From NCBI GenBank assembly GCA_014379925.1, contig JACMKY010000379.1:1-40003 (forward strand): a stretch of DNA of 40,003 nt, read 5' to 3'. The notes below the pieces were generated by a model, which worked only from the letters and a program-made list of their open reading frames with translations, did not search any database and was not told the origin of the DNA. Position numbers and translations under genes: made by a program. Within the stretch, counting starts at the first letter, position 1, and every line of letters begins with the position of its first letter. Source of the stretch: Cytophagales bacterium (GTDB taxonomy: Bacteria; Bacteroidota; Bacteroidia; Cytophagales; ES-bin-26). Of the stretch, positions 1-10,144 are shown one piece after another.

Positions 1-49
1 AACAACCCAAACATTTTTCTTTAAGCGGTTTGAGCTACCCTTTTGGTTT

Positions 50-116
50 GTAAACCCGGGTACTTGAGCCACCTCACCGTAGGCTACAGTGGGGTGGCTC
101 AAGTACCTGGCTTTAC
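50..116. repeat. Long imperfect inverted repeat (about 33-bp arms); REP-like element or terminator
   Basis: GTAAACCCGGGTACTTGAGCCACCTCACCGTAG-G-CTACAGTGGGGTGGCTCAAGTACCTGGCTTTAC; the arms pair with only a few mismatches or G-T pairs; it lies downstream of the minus-strand lipoprotein gene. Confidence 0.7.
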
Positions 117-175
117 ATTCCGGCGGCACTCCGCTGGGCGGTAATCCGCCTCAAATAACTAGCTCAGATCGCTTT

Positions 176-949
176 TCAAGGCCTTACCTTGAACCACACG
201 CCGTTTACCCCTTGCCCCAGCGTATCGGCACGGTTTACATCCGGTTGGTAATAGTATAAAGGCGCGCCTTTGTAGGTAAGCTGTTTGTTCTGGTCGGTTC
301 GGGTAATGGTCCCGAAGTCAGTCGGGGTCAGCGAGGAAGGCAGCACCAGATTTTCTTTAAAGAAAACGGGCCAGACGGCCGCGCATCCCCCGCTGCAATT
401 ACTGACGTTGGCGGCGTCTCTGGTGAACAGGTACAAGGTTCGGCCTTGCACGTCGGATAAATAGCGGTTGCTCCCCTGCCTGGCGATCATTAACGAGTAG
501 GATTTGGCATAATACCACACCCCTCCCACGTTTTCCCCGTTGACATCGCCGGCTACCAGGTCCCGGCTGTAGAAGTACAGTGGCCACCCTTTGTAAGCCG
601 TCTGTTGCTGTCCGTCGCTGCGGGTAAAATTCGAAAAATCTGCCTTATCCAATCCCTTAGCGATCGATAAATCAGCGCTGTAGAAGAGGGGCCAGGTCGT
701 CAGACAGCCGCCGGTACAGGTGCTGGCGTTGCCTTTTACATCGGGAGAGAAAATGTACAGGGTCTTGCCCTGCGCATCGGTCAGGTATTCACCGTACCGA
801 TCATTGGTCTTTGTCTGAATGCTGGTAGGGGGTTCCACGGTGGGTTCTTTCACCTTATCGTCTTTTTTACAACTGCTGTTGAGCATCAGAATCGAACACA
901 GCAGGATGGTACAGATCTGGTTGACTTTAAACAAAGAAAAGGTTTTCAT
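176..949 (-). CDS. Secreted-repeat lipoprotein (COG4315 / Lipoprotein_15-like), internally duplicated
   Basis: Lipoprotein signal ending in LNSS-C-KKDD; two copies of the unit YLxDxQGxTLYxFxxD...CxGGCxxxWP...DF...TRxDxxxQxxYKGxPLYxYxxD...GxxVxGVW. Confidence 0.8.
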   Translation of the reverse strand: MKTFSLFKVNQICTILLCSILMLNSSCKKDDKVKEPTVEPPTSIQTKTNDRYGEYLTDAQGKTLYIFSPDVKGNASTCTGGCLTTWPLFYSADLSIAKGLDKADFSNFTRSDGQQQTAYKGWPLYFYSRDLVAGDVNGENVGGVWYYAKSYSLMIARQGSNRYLSDVQGRTLYLFTRDAANVSNCSGGCAAVWPVFFKENLVLPSSLTPTDFGTITRTDQNKQLTYKGAPLYYYQPDVNRADTLGQGVNGVWFKVRP

Positions 950-1329
950 GGTGAAGAGTTTTGTGAAAAGTGGCTGGTGGATATTTTGTGCAATGGCAGG
1001 CTACCCGACAGGTAATCCAGCAAAAGGCGTCTGCAGCCGCCCGCTTGATTGCTTGTCCGCTTGACCCAAAGTGTCCGAGGAGAGGACTTATTTTTGAGCG
1101 AAACTCACCCCAGCACGGAAGTTTTCACCGTGGGGTTGCCTGGGTAAAAAATTTATCCGCCAGCGATGGCCCCAGCACGGCCATTGCCCCCGCTTGGAAC
1201 GCTGTTCATAAGTATGTAGCTTAATAGCAGCCCCTTTGGGAGTGGGGTACTTCGTACAGTATCCGTACCTTTCTCGGGCACATTTCGTACTTTTACACCG
1301 CTCGATTGGTCGGAAGTACGTAAATTTTC

Positions 1330-2879
1330 ATGGAAAAAGAAGTTAGGGTTCGTTTTGCGCCCAGCCCGACGGGGGCTTTGCACATTGGAGGGGCGCGCAC
1401 GGCTTTGTACAATTACTTGCTGGCGCGCCAGCTGGGCGGCAAGATGCTGCTCCGGATCGAAGATACTGACCAGAACCGTTTCGTACCGGGGGCGGAGGAA
1501 TACATTCTGGAATCGCTCGACTGGCTCGGCATCCGGCTCGACGAGGGCATCCGCGAAGGCGGGCCCCACGGCCCCTACCGCCAATCGGAGCGCAAACCGA
1601 TGTACCGGCAGTATGCCCTGCGGTTGGTGGAAGAGGACAAAGCCTACTACGCCTTCGATACCCCGGCCGAGTTGGAAACGATGCGCGAACGGTTGCAGGC
1701 GGCCAAGGTTCCCAATCCGCAGTACAACGCGATCACGCGGGCGCAGATGCGCAATTCCCAGACGCTGCCGGAGAACGAGGTGAACGCGATGCTGGCGGCG
1801 GGCGAACCGTACGTAATCCGGTTGAAGGTGCCTCGCAAGGAGGAAGTTCGCCTCCACGACCTGATCCGGGGCTGGGTGATGGTGCATTCCTCCCAGATCG
1901 ACGACAAGGTGTTGATGAAATCCGACGGGATGCCCACTTACCACCTGGCCAACATCGTAGACGATCACTTGATGGGCATCACCCACGTTATTCGGGGGGA
2001 AGAGTGGCTGCCTTCGGCCCCCTGCACGTGTTGCTGTACCGCTTTCTGGGTTGGGAAGACACGATGCCCCGCTTTGCCCACCTACCGCTGTTGTTGAAGC
2101 CCGACGGCAACGGCAAGCTGAGCAAACGTGATGCCGACTTGAATGGCTTTCCCATCTTCCCCCTCGACTGGCACGGAACCGACGACCAGGGAAATCCGAC
2201 GTTTTCGTCCGGCTTCCGGGAGGCGGGTTACCTGCCCGAAGCGCTGGTCAACTTCCTGGCCTTCCAGGGTTGGAACCCCGGAACCCCGCAGGAACTCTTC
2301 TCGATGGACGAATTGGTGGAGGCGTTCAGCATCGAGCGGATCGGCAAATCCGGCACCAAGTTCGATATTCACAAGGCCAAGTGGTTCAATCAGCAATACC
2401 TGCGGGCAAAACCCGATGGTGAACTGGTGCAATACCTGGAAAAGGCGTTGGCGGAGCGCGGGATCGATTGCTCGCCGGAGAAAGCCTTGCGGATTGCTGC
2501 CCTCACCAAGGAAAGAATTACCTTTCCCCGGGAGGTCTGGACCGAGGCCGCGCTTTTTTTCGTACGTCCGTCTTCCTACGACCCCGCAGTGGTGGCGGCC
2601 AAATGGACGGGAGAAGCGGCCAACGTAATCGGTGCCTACCGGGATGCCCTGCGCGGTACGGAGCCCTGGACGGCGGAAACGGCCAAAGCCACGTTGCAGG
2701 CGGTAGCCGACCAGACAGGCGTGAAAATGGGCAAGGTATTGCCCGCGCTGCGGATCGTCGTTACGGGGGGCAACGCCGGGCCGGACCTGATGCAAACCAT
2801 CGAGATCATCGGCAAAGAAGAACTCATTATCCGGATCGACCACGCGCTGGCCACGTTGAACGGTCCCGTCGCTTCCTGA
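1330..2879 (+). CDS. gltX: Glutamate--tRNA ligase, split by an apparent single-base deletion at about 2018-2022
   Basis: [21 protein letters not shown] and [11 protein letters not shown] in ORF 1330-2097; the protein continues as LHVLLY...KLSKR plus the anticodon-binding domain in ORF 2004-2879; adding one C to the C5 run restores [14 protein letters not shown]. Confidence 0.93.
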
Positions 2880-2940
2880 GTGAATCCACGCATCCGGACG
2901 AAATCCGAATTCATTTCACTACCCATCAACCCCATTCGCC

Positions 2941-3159
2941 ATGACCAAGAAGAAAGAAACCAAGCAACCGCCCAAGTCCGAAAAACCGAAGGTGAATCCT
3001 GAACTGGCCGGTTTCGACATCCAGATCAATTCCTTCGGCGAAATCACGACCAGCTTCGACATTGACAAGATCAATTCCTTTCTCAACACCCACGTGGACG
3101 ACAAGAAACTCCGGGACCGGGAGGACTTGCCGGAAATCAAAAAGAAAAAAAAAGGATAA
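2941..3159 (+). CDS. Small conserved hypothetical protein (Bacteroidota type)
   Basis: 72-aa ORF with gene-like codon usage between gltX and the next gene; the KPKVNPELAGFDIQINSFGEITTSFDIDKINSFLN pattern resembles small Cytophagales hypotheticals (recalled, not searched). Confidence 0.75.
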   Translation: MTKKKETKQPPKSEKPKVNPELAGFDIQINSFGEITTSFDIDKINSFLNTHVDDKKLRDREDLPEIKKKKKG

Positions 3160-3242
3160 CGTCCCGAGCCCGAACGCGGCAAACGCGCGGTGGCTGACTT
3201 TTCTGGCCCATTTACACCCTTGTTCACCAAAAGCCTCAGGTT

Positions 3243-4013
3243 ATGAATTCGCACGAAATAGACTACAAGATCATCGGGGACGACATTCAGATCGTTGAAA
3301 TCGAGTTGGACCCCGACGAGACGGTGATCGCCGAGGCGGGAGCCATGCTCTTCATGGAAGAAGGCATTACCTTCGAAGCCAAAATGGGCGATGGCTCGCA
3401 GCCCAACCAAGGATTCATGGGCAAGTTGCTGCAGGCTGGCTCGCGGCTGATTACCGGTGAATCACTGTTCATGACGCACTTCACCAACCGGGGGGCGGGC
3501 AAGCGCAAGGTGGCATTCACGGCACCGTATCCGGGAACGGTTATTCCGCTGAGTTTGTCCGGGCTTCCCGACCACCAGCTCATCGCCCAGCGCGATTCCT
3601 TCCTCTGCGCCGCGTTGGGTACCAAGATTTCCCTCCATTTCAACCAGAAGATCGGCTCGGGTTTATTCGGAGGCGAGGGGTTCATCCTGCAGAAACTACA
3701 GGGTGACGGACTGGCTTTCGTACACGCGGGCGGTACGGTGATCGAACGCTACCTCAACAACGAAACATTGCGCGTGGACACGGGCTGCGTGGTGGCCATG
3801 GAGTCAACCATTGGTTTCGACATCCAAAGGTCGGGTGGCCTACGGTCCATGGTATTCGGGGGCGAAGGCGTTTTCCTGGCGACCCTGCAGGGAACCGGCC
3901 GGGTTTGGATCCAGTCGATGCCCATCTCCAAGTTGGTTCAGGCGCTGGCTCCCTACGGCCGCAACAGCGGCAAGGAAGGAGGCTCCCTGTTGGGTGGCCT
4001 GCTGAACGATTGA
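3243..4013 (+). CDS. TIGR00266 / AIM24 family protein
   Basis: [58 protein letters not shown] and [23 protein letters not shown] are characteristic of the family. Confidence 0.9.
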   Translation: MNSHEIDYKIIGDDIQIVEIELDPDETVIAEAGAMLFMEEGITFEAKMGDGSQPNQGFMGKLLQAGSRLITGESLFMTHFTNRGAGKRKVAFTAPYPGTVIPLSLSGLPDHQLIAQRDSFLCAALGTKISLHFNQKIGSGLFGGEGFILQKLQGDGLAFVHAGGTVIERYLNNETLRVDTGCVVAMESTIGFDIQRSGGLRSMVFGGEGVFLATLQGTGRVWIQSMPISKLVQALAPYGRNSGKEGGSLLGGLLND

Positions 4014-4034
4014 CGGGTGCTTCGAGAGAGGGAA

Positions 4035-4373
4035 TCAGTATTGGCGCATCTTCGTGTCCACCTCCGTTGCCCAGGCGTGAATGCCGCCCGACAGGCTGAC
4101 GACGTTGCGAAACCCGCAGGTTTTCACCAGGTACTTGACCACCAGTTCGCTCCGCACTCCGTGGTGACAGTACACGACCGTGGGCAAGTAACGGTCGAGC
4201 GCGGGTGCCTGGTCGGGAATGCGCTGCAGGGGAATCCGCACGGCATCGGGCAGGTGACAAATGCGGCATTCGTAAGGCTCCCGGACATCGATCAGGCGCA
4301 ACGGATCGTTGTTCCGCAGCTTTTCCTTTAGTTCAGCGGCCGATATGGTGGTTAGGTTCATTGACTGGCTCAC
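4035..4373 (-). CDS. Single-domain rhodanese-like (sulfurtransferase) protein
   Basis: LIDVREPYE, active-site loop VYCHHGVRS, SLSGGIHAW; alternative ATG start at 4361. Confidence 0.88.
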   Translation of the reverse strand: MSQSMNLTTISAAELKEKLRNNDPLRLIDVREPYECRICHLPDAVRIPLQRIPDQAPALDRYLPTVVYCHHGVRSELVVKYLVKTCGFRNVVSLSGGIHAWATEVDTKMRQY

Positions 4374-4481
4374 GTTCGAAATTGGGGCGGGACCGGATGA
4401 CTAAGCAACTGGATTTTCATAAAATTAGTATCCATCTCCCCAAACTCTTCCTCGATTAATTACCTTGCTGGTACATTTGTC

Positions 4482-5120
4482 ATGATCGTGCCCAAATCCC
4501 ACTCGATTGCCCTTTTCAACCGACTGATTGCGTTATCTATTGCCTGGGTGGGCCTCGGTGGCTGTTCGGAAGAAGGGTACGCGCCCAAACCCAAAGGATA
4601 CAACCGCATCGACCTTCCCGCGCACGCTTATATTGTACTGAAAGAGCCGCATCCTTACGTGTTCGAGCATTCCCGCTCCGCCGAAATCCTCAAGGACACG
4701 TTCGGCAATGCCGAGCCGGATTGGATCCACGTCCATTATCCCGCCTTGCGGGCCAACGTACAGATTACCTACAAGCTGATTCGCAACGATCCCAAGCGAT
4801 TGGCCGAAATGATCAACGATGCCCACAAGCTGGCTTCCAAGCACCAGGTCAAAGCGGATGCCATTGAAGAGTCGGTCATGAAAACAGCCAACGGCAAGAC
4901 GGCGGCGCTTTTTGAATTGAGCGGCGACGTGCCCAGTCAGTTTCAATTCTACATCACGGACTCCACAACCCATTTCCTGCGCGGGGCCTTGTACTTCCCA
5001 ACTGCCACGCAGAACGACTCGCTCGCCCCCGTGATCGAGTACGTAAAAGAAGACATCATTCATTTGTTGAATACCACCCGTTGGAAAGATCAGCGGGCGG
5101 GCGTGCCGGTTTGGCGATGA
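4482..5120 (+). CDS. gldD: Gliding motility lipoprotein GldD
   Basis: Lipobox LGG-C; [63 protein letters not shown]. Confidence 0.9.
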   Translation: MIVPKSHSIALFNRLIALSIAWVGLGGCSEEGYAPKPKGYNRIDLPAHAYIVLKEPHPYVFEHSRSAEILKDTFGNAEPDWIHVHYPALRANVQITYKLIRNDPKRLAEMINDAHKLASKHQVKADAIEESVMKTANGKTAALFELSGDVPSQFQFYITDSTTHFLRGALYFPTATQNDSLAPVIEYVKEDIIHLLNTTRWKDQRAGVPVWR

Positions 5121-5177
5121 CCGTTCCACGTCCTTTAAAGGTGTCGGCCGGAAGTTTGTATTGACAATGTGCTGCCC

Positions 5178-7280
5178 ATGGCCGAGAGAAAAAATTTTTT
5201 CGATACCCGCGTCGAATTTCTCAAAGGAATCGGCCCCCAAAAAGCGGTTATACTGAACAAGGAGCTGAACATTTTCACGTACGGTGACCTGATCCAATAC
5301 TACCCCTTCCGTTACGAAGACCGTACCCGTTTCTACGCGATCGAAGAGGTAACCGATTCCATGCCCCACGTCCAGGTAAAAGGCCGACTCAAGTTCTGGG
5401 AGATGGTGGGCGAAGGGCACAAGAGCCGCCTGGTGGCTTACTTGACCGATGGCACGGGGGAGATGGAACTGGTCTGGTTTCAGGGAGCCCATTGGCTGAG
5501 CAAAAGCCTGAAGCGGGACCTTGACTACGTGGTGTTCGGCAAACCTTCCTCCTTCATGGGGAAACCCAACATTGCCCATCCCGAACTGGAACCCCTGGAC
5601 GGCGAAAACGCCAAGGGAGGGTACCTGCAACCCGTTTATAACCTGACCGAAAAACTTCGCCGGAAATTCCTGGACAGCAAAACCTTGGGTAAGATGCTGC
5701 GTCAGCTCCTGGACATTGCGTTGCCCCACGTCCGGGAGACCCTGCCGGCCGACCTGCTCGCTCAGCACCGTCTGCTTTCCAAGCCGGAGGCCCTGCTTCA
5801 CGTTCATTTCCCGAAGGACCAGGCGTGGCTCCACGCCGCCATCGGTCGGCTCAAATTCGAGGAGTTGTTTTACAACCAACTCAAACTGATCAAACAAAAA
5901 CTTCTGCGTCGGGTGGATTACGCCGGCCAGGTCTTCAAAACCATTCCTACCCTCAATACCTTCTACAAGGAACACCTGACCTTTGACCTGACCAACGCCC
6001 AGAAGCGGGTGATCCGGGAGATCTACGCCGACGTGACTTCGGGCAAGCAAATGAACCGCCTCCTGCAGGGTGACGTGGGCAGCGGCAAAACCATCGTGGC
6101 CTTCATCACGATGCTGATGGCCACCGACAACGGGGCGCAGGCTTGCCTGATGGCGCCCACGGAAATCCTGACGGATCAACATTACACCGGATTGAGGGAA
6201 TACGCGGACGTGCTGGGCATCGGAATCGCCAAGCTGACCGGCTCCACCAAGACCAAGCAACGACGGGCAATTGCCGAACAACTGCTGAACGGGGAGTTGA
6301 AGATCGTGGTAGGAACGCACGCCCTGCTGGAAGAAAATGTGCAATTCAACAACCTGGGTCTGTGCGTGATTGACGAACAGCACCGATTCGGCGTGGCACA
6401 GAGGGCCAAACTCTGGAACAAGAACCCGGACGTGTATCCCCACATCCTGGTGATGACGGCCACACCCATTCCCCGTACCCTGGCGATGACCCTCTACGGT
6501 GACTTGGACGTGTCGGTTATCGATGAATTACCGGCCGGTCGCAAGCCCATTAAAACCGTCCACCGCTACGACTCCCACCGCCAGCGCGTGTTTGGTTTCA
6601 TGAAGGAGGAAATCCAGAAGGGACGGCAAGTATACGTGGTGTATCCGCTGATCGAAGAATCGGAGAAAGTAGATTTCAAGTACCTGACTGACGGTTACGA
6701 AAGCATTGTACGGGCCTTTCCGGAATACTACATCAGCATTGTGCATGGCAGAATGAAATCGGGTGACAAGGAATACGAAATGCAGCGTTTTCAGCGCCGG
6801 GAAACGCAGATTATGGTGGCCACTACGGTAATCGAAGTAGGCGTCAACGTACCCAATGCCTCCGTAATGGTGGTGGAAAGTGCCGAACGCTTCGGCTTGG
6901 CGCAACTGCATCAGTTACGGGGCCGCGTGGGCCGGGGAGCCGAGCAATCCTATTGCATCCTGATGACGGACTACAAACTTGGCAAAGAGAGCCGCGCCCG
7001 CATTGAAACGCTGGTGCGCACCAACGATGGCTTCGAGATCGCCGACGCCGACCTCAACCTGCGCGGACCGGGTGATCTGGCGGGTACCCAGCAAAGTGGG
7101 GTACTGGATTTGCTCATTGCTGATTTGGCCAAGGACGGGGATATCCTGAAAACGGCCCGCGAAGCCGCTCAGAAAATGCTGGAGGAAGATCCCGACTTGT
7201 CCTCCCTAAAAAATACACCCGTGTACGAACACATTCAATCGCTCCGAAAGGAAGAAAGCAACTGGGCAAGAATCAGTTAA
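5178..7280 (+). CDS. recG: ATP-dependent DNA helicase RecG
   Basis: RLLQGDVGSGKT, MAPTEIL, IDEQHRFG, MTATPIPRTL, QLHQLRGRVGRG and the TRG motif DLNLRGPGD; N-terminal wedge domain. Confidence 0.97.
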   Translation: MAERKNFFDTRVEFLKGIGPQKAVILNKELNIFTYGDLIQYYPFRYEDRTRFYAIEEVTDSMPHVQVKGRLKFWEMVGEGHKSRLVAYLTDGTGEMELVWFQGAHWLSKSLKRDLDYVVFGKPSSFMGKPNIAHPELEPLDGENAKGGYLQPVYNLTEKLRRKFLDSKTLGKMLRQLLDIALPHVRETLPADLLAQHRLLSKPEALLHVHFPKDQAWLHAAIGRLKFEELFYNQLKLIKQKLLRRVDYAGQVFKTIPTLNTFYKEHLTFDLTNAQKRVIREIYADVTSGKQMNRLLQGDVGSGKTIVAFITMLMATDNGAQACLMAPTEILTDQHYTGLREYADVLGIGIAKLTGSTKTKQRRAIAEQLLNGELKIVVGTHALLEENVQFNNLGLCVIDEQHRFGVAQRAKLWNKNPDVYPHILVMTATPIPRTLAMTLYGDLDVSVIDELPAGRKPIKTVHRYDSHRQRVFGFMKEEIQKGRQVYVVYPLIEESEKVDFKYLTDGYESIVRAFPEYYISIVHGRMKSGDKEYEMQRFQRRETQIMVATTVIEVGVNVPNASVMVVESAERFGLAQLHQLRGRVGRGAEQSYCILMTDYKLGKESRARIETLVRTNDGFEIADADLNLRGPGDLAGTQQSGVLDLLIADLAKDGDILKTAREAAQKMLEEDPDLSSLKNTPVYEHIQSLRKEESNWARIS

Positions 7281-7316
7281 AAAAAAGCAACACCCCCGGT
7301 TGAGGGTGTTGCTTTT
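7281..7316. terminator. Bidirectional rho-independent terminator between recG and the convergent DUF4142 gene
   Basis: AAAAAAGCAACACCC-CCGGTTGA-GGGTGTTGCTTTT hairpin with an A tract and a T tract on either side. Confidence 0.8.
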
Positions 7317-7362
7317 GATCCTTGATGAATAGCTGATGAAGGGTGCAGGGTCCGCTGTTTTG

Positions 7363-8232
7363 TCAATTCTTCGATTTGGTACCGGCCGCACTGCCACCCA
7401 GGGAAGCGGACAGTTTGGTCGCCATCGATTTGTGCTCCTTCAATACGGGCATTTGCTCTTTCACCCAACCTTTCAACTGGGCATTGGTACCCTCCTGCTG
7501 GTACTTCTCCAGCAGACGGATGATCAGATTATGGTCTTTCAAGGCTTGTTGCACGTACTGACGATCGAAAGCGGTTCCGTTCAGCGCTTCCATTTTGTTT
7601 TTGATGTCCAGGTAAGTTCCGGACAATTTCAGCGAAACGCTGGGTTTGGGCGGTTGCGCCACGGCAGGACGATCAGTAGACACGGCAACGGTGCTGTCGT
7701 TGTTGGTTCCCGTTGACGAACGCACTGTCGAGTCAGTCGGTGCCGACCCAGTGGAATCCATTCCGGTCCGCTCGCCGGTGCCCGCACCACTCGCCGTACC
7801 CGAGCCCACTCCCATCCCACTCTGAGAAGAATCCATTTTCATTGCGGTGCTGGCCGTATCCGAGCCGTCCCCGTACTGCGTTCCGTTCAGGATCGCCGTC
7901 AGTTTGTTGTTGGCAGCGGTATGGTCCTCAATCATTCGTTGGGCAAAATTCTTTACTTTGTCCGACTGGGAATTCTGCAAAGCCACTTGGGCGAATTCGA
8001 TTTCGGCGACCCCGATCGCGAGCGACCTTTTCATGAAAAGAGTATCTTCGTTGGCTCCGGTTGCGGAGGCCATACCACCGGACCCGGGGGTTTGGTTGAT
8101 TCTGGAGGAACGGGTTTCCCCTTTTGCCGGGGCAGCAGGCTTACTTTGGGCCAGTAAGGGTGCACTGTGCACCGTATACAACCCCATTGCTAAACACGCA
8201 AAGGAGGCCCAGTTCTTGATGTTTCTTTTCAT
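7363..8232 (-). CDS. Secreted DUF4142-domain protein (ferritin-like fold) with a low-complexity insertion
   Basis: Signal peptide; DTLFMKRS...AEIEFAQVALQNSQSDKVKNFAQRMIEDHTAANNKL, then L..LNGTAFDRQYVQQALKDH...GTNAQLKGWVKEQMPVLKEHKSMA. Confidence 0.82.
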   Translation of the reverse strand: MKRNIKNWASFACLAMGLYTVHSAPLLAQSKPAAPAKGETRSSRINQTPGSGGMASATGANEDTLFMKRSLAIGVAEIEFAQVALQNSQSDKVKNFAQRMIEDHTAANNKLTAILNGTQYGDGSDTASTAMKMDSSQSGMGVGSGTASGAGTGERTGMDSTGSAPTDSTVRSSTGTNNDSTVAVSTDRPAVAQPPKPSVSLKLSGTYLDIKNKMEALNGTAFDRQYVQQALKDHNLIIRLLEKYQQEGTNAQLKGWVKEQMPVLKEHKSMATKLSASLGGSAAGTKSKN

Positions 8233-8353
8233 GTGAAGAATCTTGTTTAATTGATTTACTCTTACTTATACCACATCCAACCAAAAAATGTTGCGTTATT
8301 AACGGACGTCGACTTTGAAAAATTCAATTATGACGATGGTAAGTTTCGCCGGT

Positions 8354-8446
8354 TTTTCCACAAACGTCCGCGTTAATTGGGCAAATATTGTGGATAACCT
8401 TGTGGATAACTGGTAGAACGGCTTCTTTGGGGCCTACTTATCCACA
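8354..8446. promoter_or_regulatory. Satellite DnaA-box cluster (4 consensus boxes)
   Basis: TTTTCCACA 8354-8362 (+), TGTGGATAA 8389-8397 (-), TGTGGATAA 8401-8409 (-), TTATCCACA 8438-8446 (+), in an AT-rich divergent intergenic region. Confidence 0.8.
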
Positions 8447-8599
8447 CGTGCAAAAATCGGGGAAAATAAAAAAAAGAAAATATTTCATTCTGCTTCGCCA
8501 CCTTGTACAAAAAAAGTTGACTACCCGCAACGGCCTTTTTACACCAAACGAAATTTTATTCTGCTAAAAATTTTACCAAACCATCCATTTTCATTCAGC

Positions 8600-9958
8600 G
8601 TGAAACACTTTCTTACTTCCTTGCTCATCCACTTCGGAGCCCTGTCTTCCCTGGCCCAGCACGAGATTCCGGCGATTTTGCCCTTGCGCGACCGCGCCGT
8701 TTTGCAGGAACAGATTTTAGAAGAACGGCTGCGGACGCTGCTTCCCACCCTAATGCGTCGGCACGGCGTGGGTACGTGGGTATTGATTGCCCGCGAGTAC
8801 AACGAGGACCCCATTCTTGAAACGATGCTTCCTTCCACTTGGCTGGCAGCCCGTCGCCGCACGGTGCTGGTTGTGCACGACCGGGGTGAGCCGCAAGGGC
8901 TGGAGTGCTTGGCAGTGGCCCGGTACGACGTGGGCCAGCAGTTTAAGAGTGCCTGGCAACCGGAGGCCGAACCGGACCAGTGGAAGCGGTTGGTGAAGCT
9001 CATCGAAGAACGTCAGCCCGGAAAAATCGCCGTTAACGTATCGGGCCAATACGCCCACGCCGACGGACTTACCCATTCGGAATACGAAGCATTTATGAAG
9101 GCCCTGCCCTCCGAACTGCGCGCTTCGGTCGTGTCAGCCGAACCGCTGGCCGTGAGCTGGCTCGAGACCCGCACCCCCCGGGAGGTTGCCCTTTACGAAC
9201 CCATTTGCCGCATCGCCCACCAAATTATTGCCGAGGGATTTTCGGAAAAAGTAATTCAGCCCGGCACTACTACCACGGAAGACGTGGTCTGGTGGTACCG
9301 GGAAAAGATTGCCGCCTTAAAACTGGATACTTGGTTCCATCCCACCGTGGACGTGCAACGGCCAGACCCCGCTTCCCGGGAGGCCCAGCGCACTTTTGAT
9401 CGGAAACCCGCTCCCGATGTCATCCAGCCCGGCGATCTGGTTCACGTAGACTTCGGCATTACCTACCTGCGGCTCAACACCGACACGCAGGAATTGGCCT
9501 ACGTGCTCAAACCCGGCGAAACCGATGCCCCCGATTACCTGAAAAAAGCGCTGGCCGTGGGCAACCGGTTGCAGGACATCCTGACGAGCAATTTCAAGGC
9601 CGGCAGGTCAGGCAACCAGATTCTGGCTATGTCTTTGGCACAAGCCCGCAAGGAGGGCATTGCGGGGCAGATCTACACGCACCCGGTGGGATACCATGGG
9701 CACGCGGCCGGACCTGCCATTGGCATGTGGGATATGCAGGGCGGCGTGCCGGGCAACGGAGAGTATCTCCTCAACGAAAATACCGCGTACGCCATTGAAC
9801 TGAACGCCCGGGTTGCTCTTCCCGAGTGGAACAACCAGGAAGTGCGGATTATGCTGGAAGAACAGGGTATTTTTTCGAACGGACGGGTTCATTACGTTGA
9901 CGGCCGGCAGCGGACTTTGCTGGTCATTCCCCGTCAAGCCGGGCACCTGGGACGGTGA
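8600..9958 (+). CDS. Secreted M24 family metallopeptidase (Xaa-Pro aminopeptidase-like)
   Basis: Signal peptide ending in SLA-Q; pita-bread-fold metal ligands in HVDFG, NTDTQ, THPVGYHGH, AIE and LEE. Confidence 0.88.
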   Translation: MKHFLTSLLIHFGALSSLAQHEIPAILPLRDRAVLQEQILEERLRTLLPTLMRRHGVGTWVLIAREYNEDPILETMLPSTWLAARRRTVLVVHDRGEPQGLECLAVARYDVGQQFKSAWQPEAEPDQWKRLVKLIEERQPGKIAVNVSGQYAHADGLTHSEYEAFMKALPSELRASVVSAEPLAVSWLETRTPREVALYEPICRIAHQIIAEGFSEKVIQPGTTTTEDVVWWYREKIAALKLDTWFHPTVDVQRPDPASREAQRTFDRKPAPDVIQPGDLVHVDFGITYLRLNTDTQELAYVLKPGETDAPDYLKKALAVGNRLQDILTSNFKAGRSGNQILAMSLAQARKEGIAGQIYTHPVGYHGHAAGPAIGMWDMQGGVPGNGEYLLNENTAYAIELNARVALPEWNNQEVRIMLEEQGIFSNGRVHYVDGRQRTLLVIPRQAGHLGR

Positions 9959-10144
9959 AAAAGGAGAGGGATAGGCGGCACTAAATCAGCCGTGAATCAC
10001 GAGCAGCATCGTTGCACCGCAAAGATGTAAGTCGTGCGTAGTGCAAAGTATTGACATTCAATTAGCTAAGTAATCCGGAAGTGGTGATTGTTTCCGATTG
10101 CGTGCTTAAGTGGGTGATCCTTTTCTTCATTCAGAACGCATTGC

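Noticed and set aside
1330-2879. gltX as a true pseudogene or as two separate genes
   Set aside because: It is an essential gene with a single homopolymer indel and no other decay, so an assembly error is more parsimonious.
4533-6443. 636-aa minus-strand ORF overlapping gldD and recG
   Set aside because: Antisense shadow of well-supported genes, expected from codon bias in GC-rich DNA; it has no recognisable motifs.
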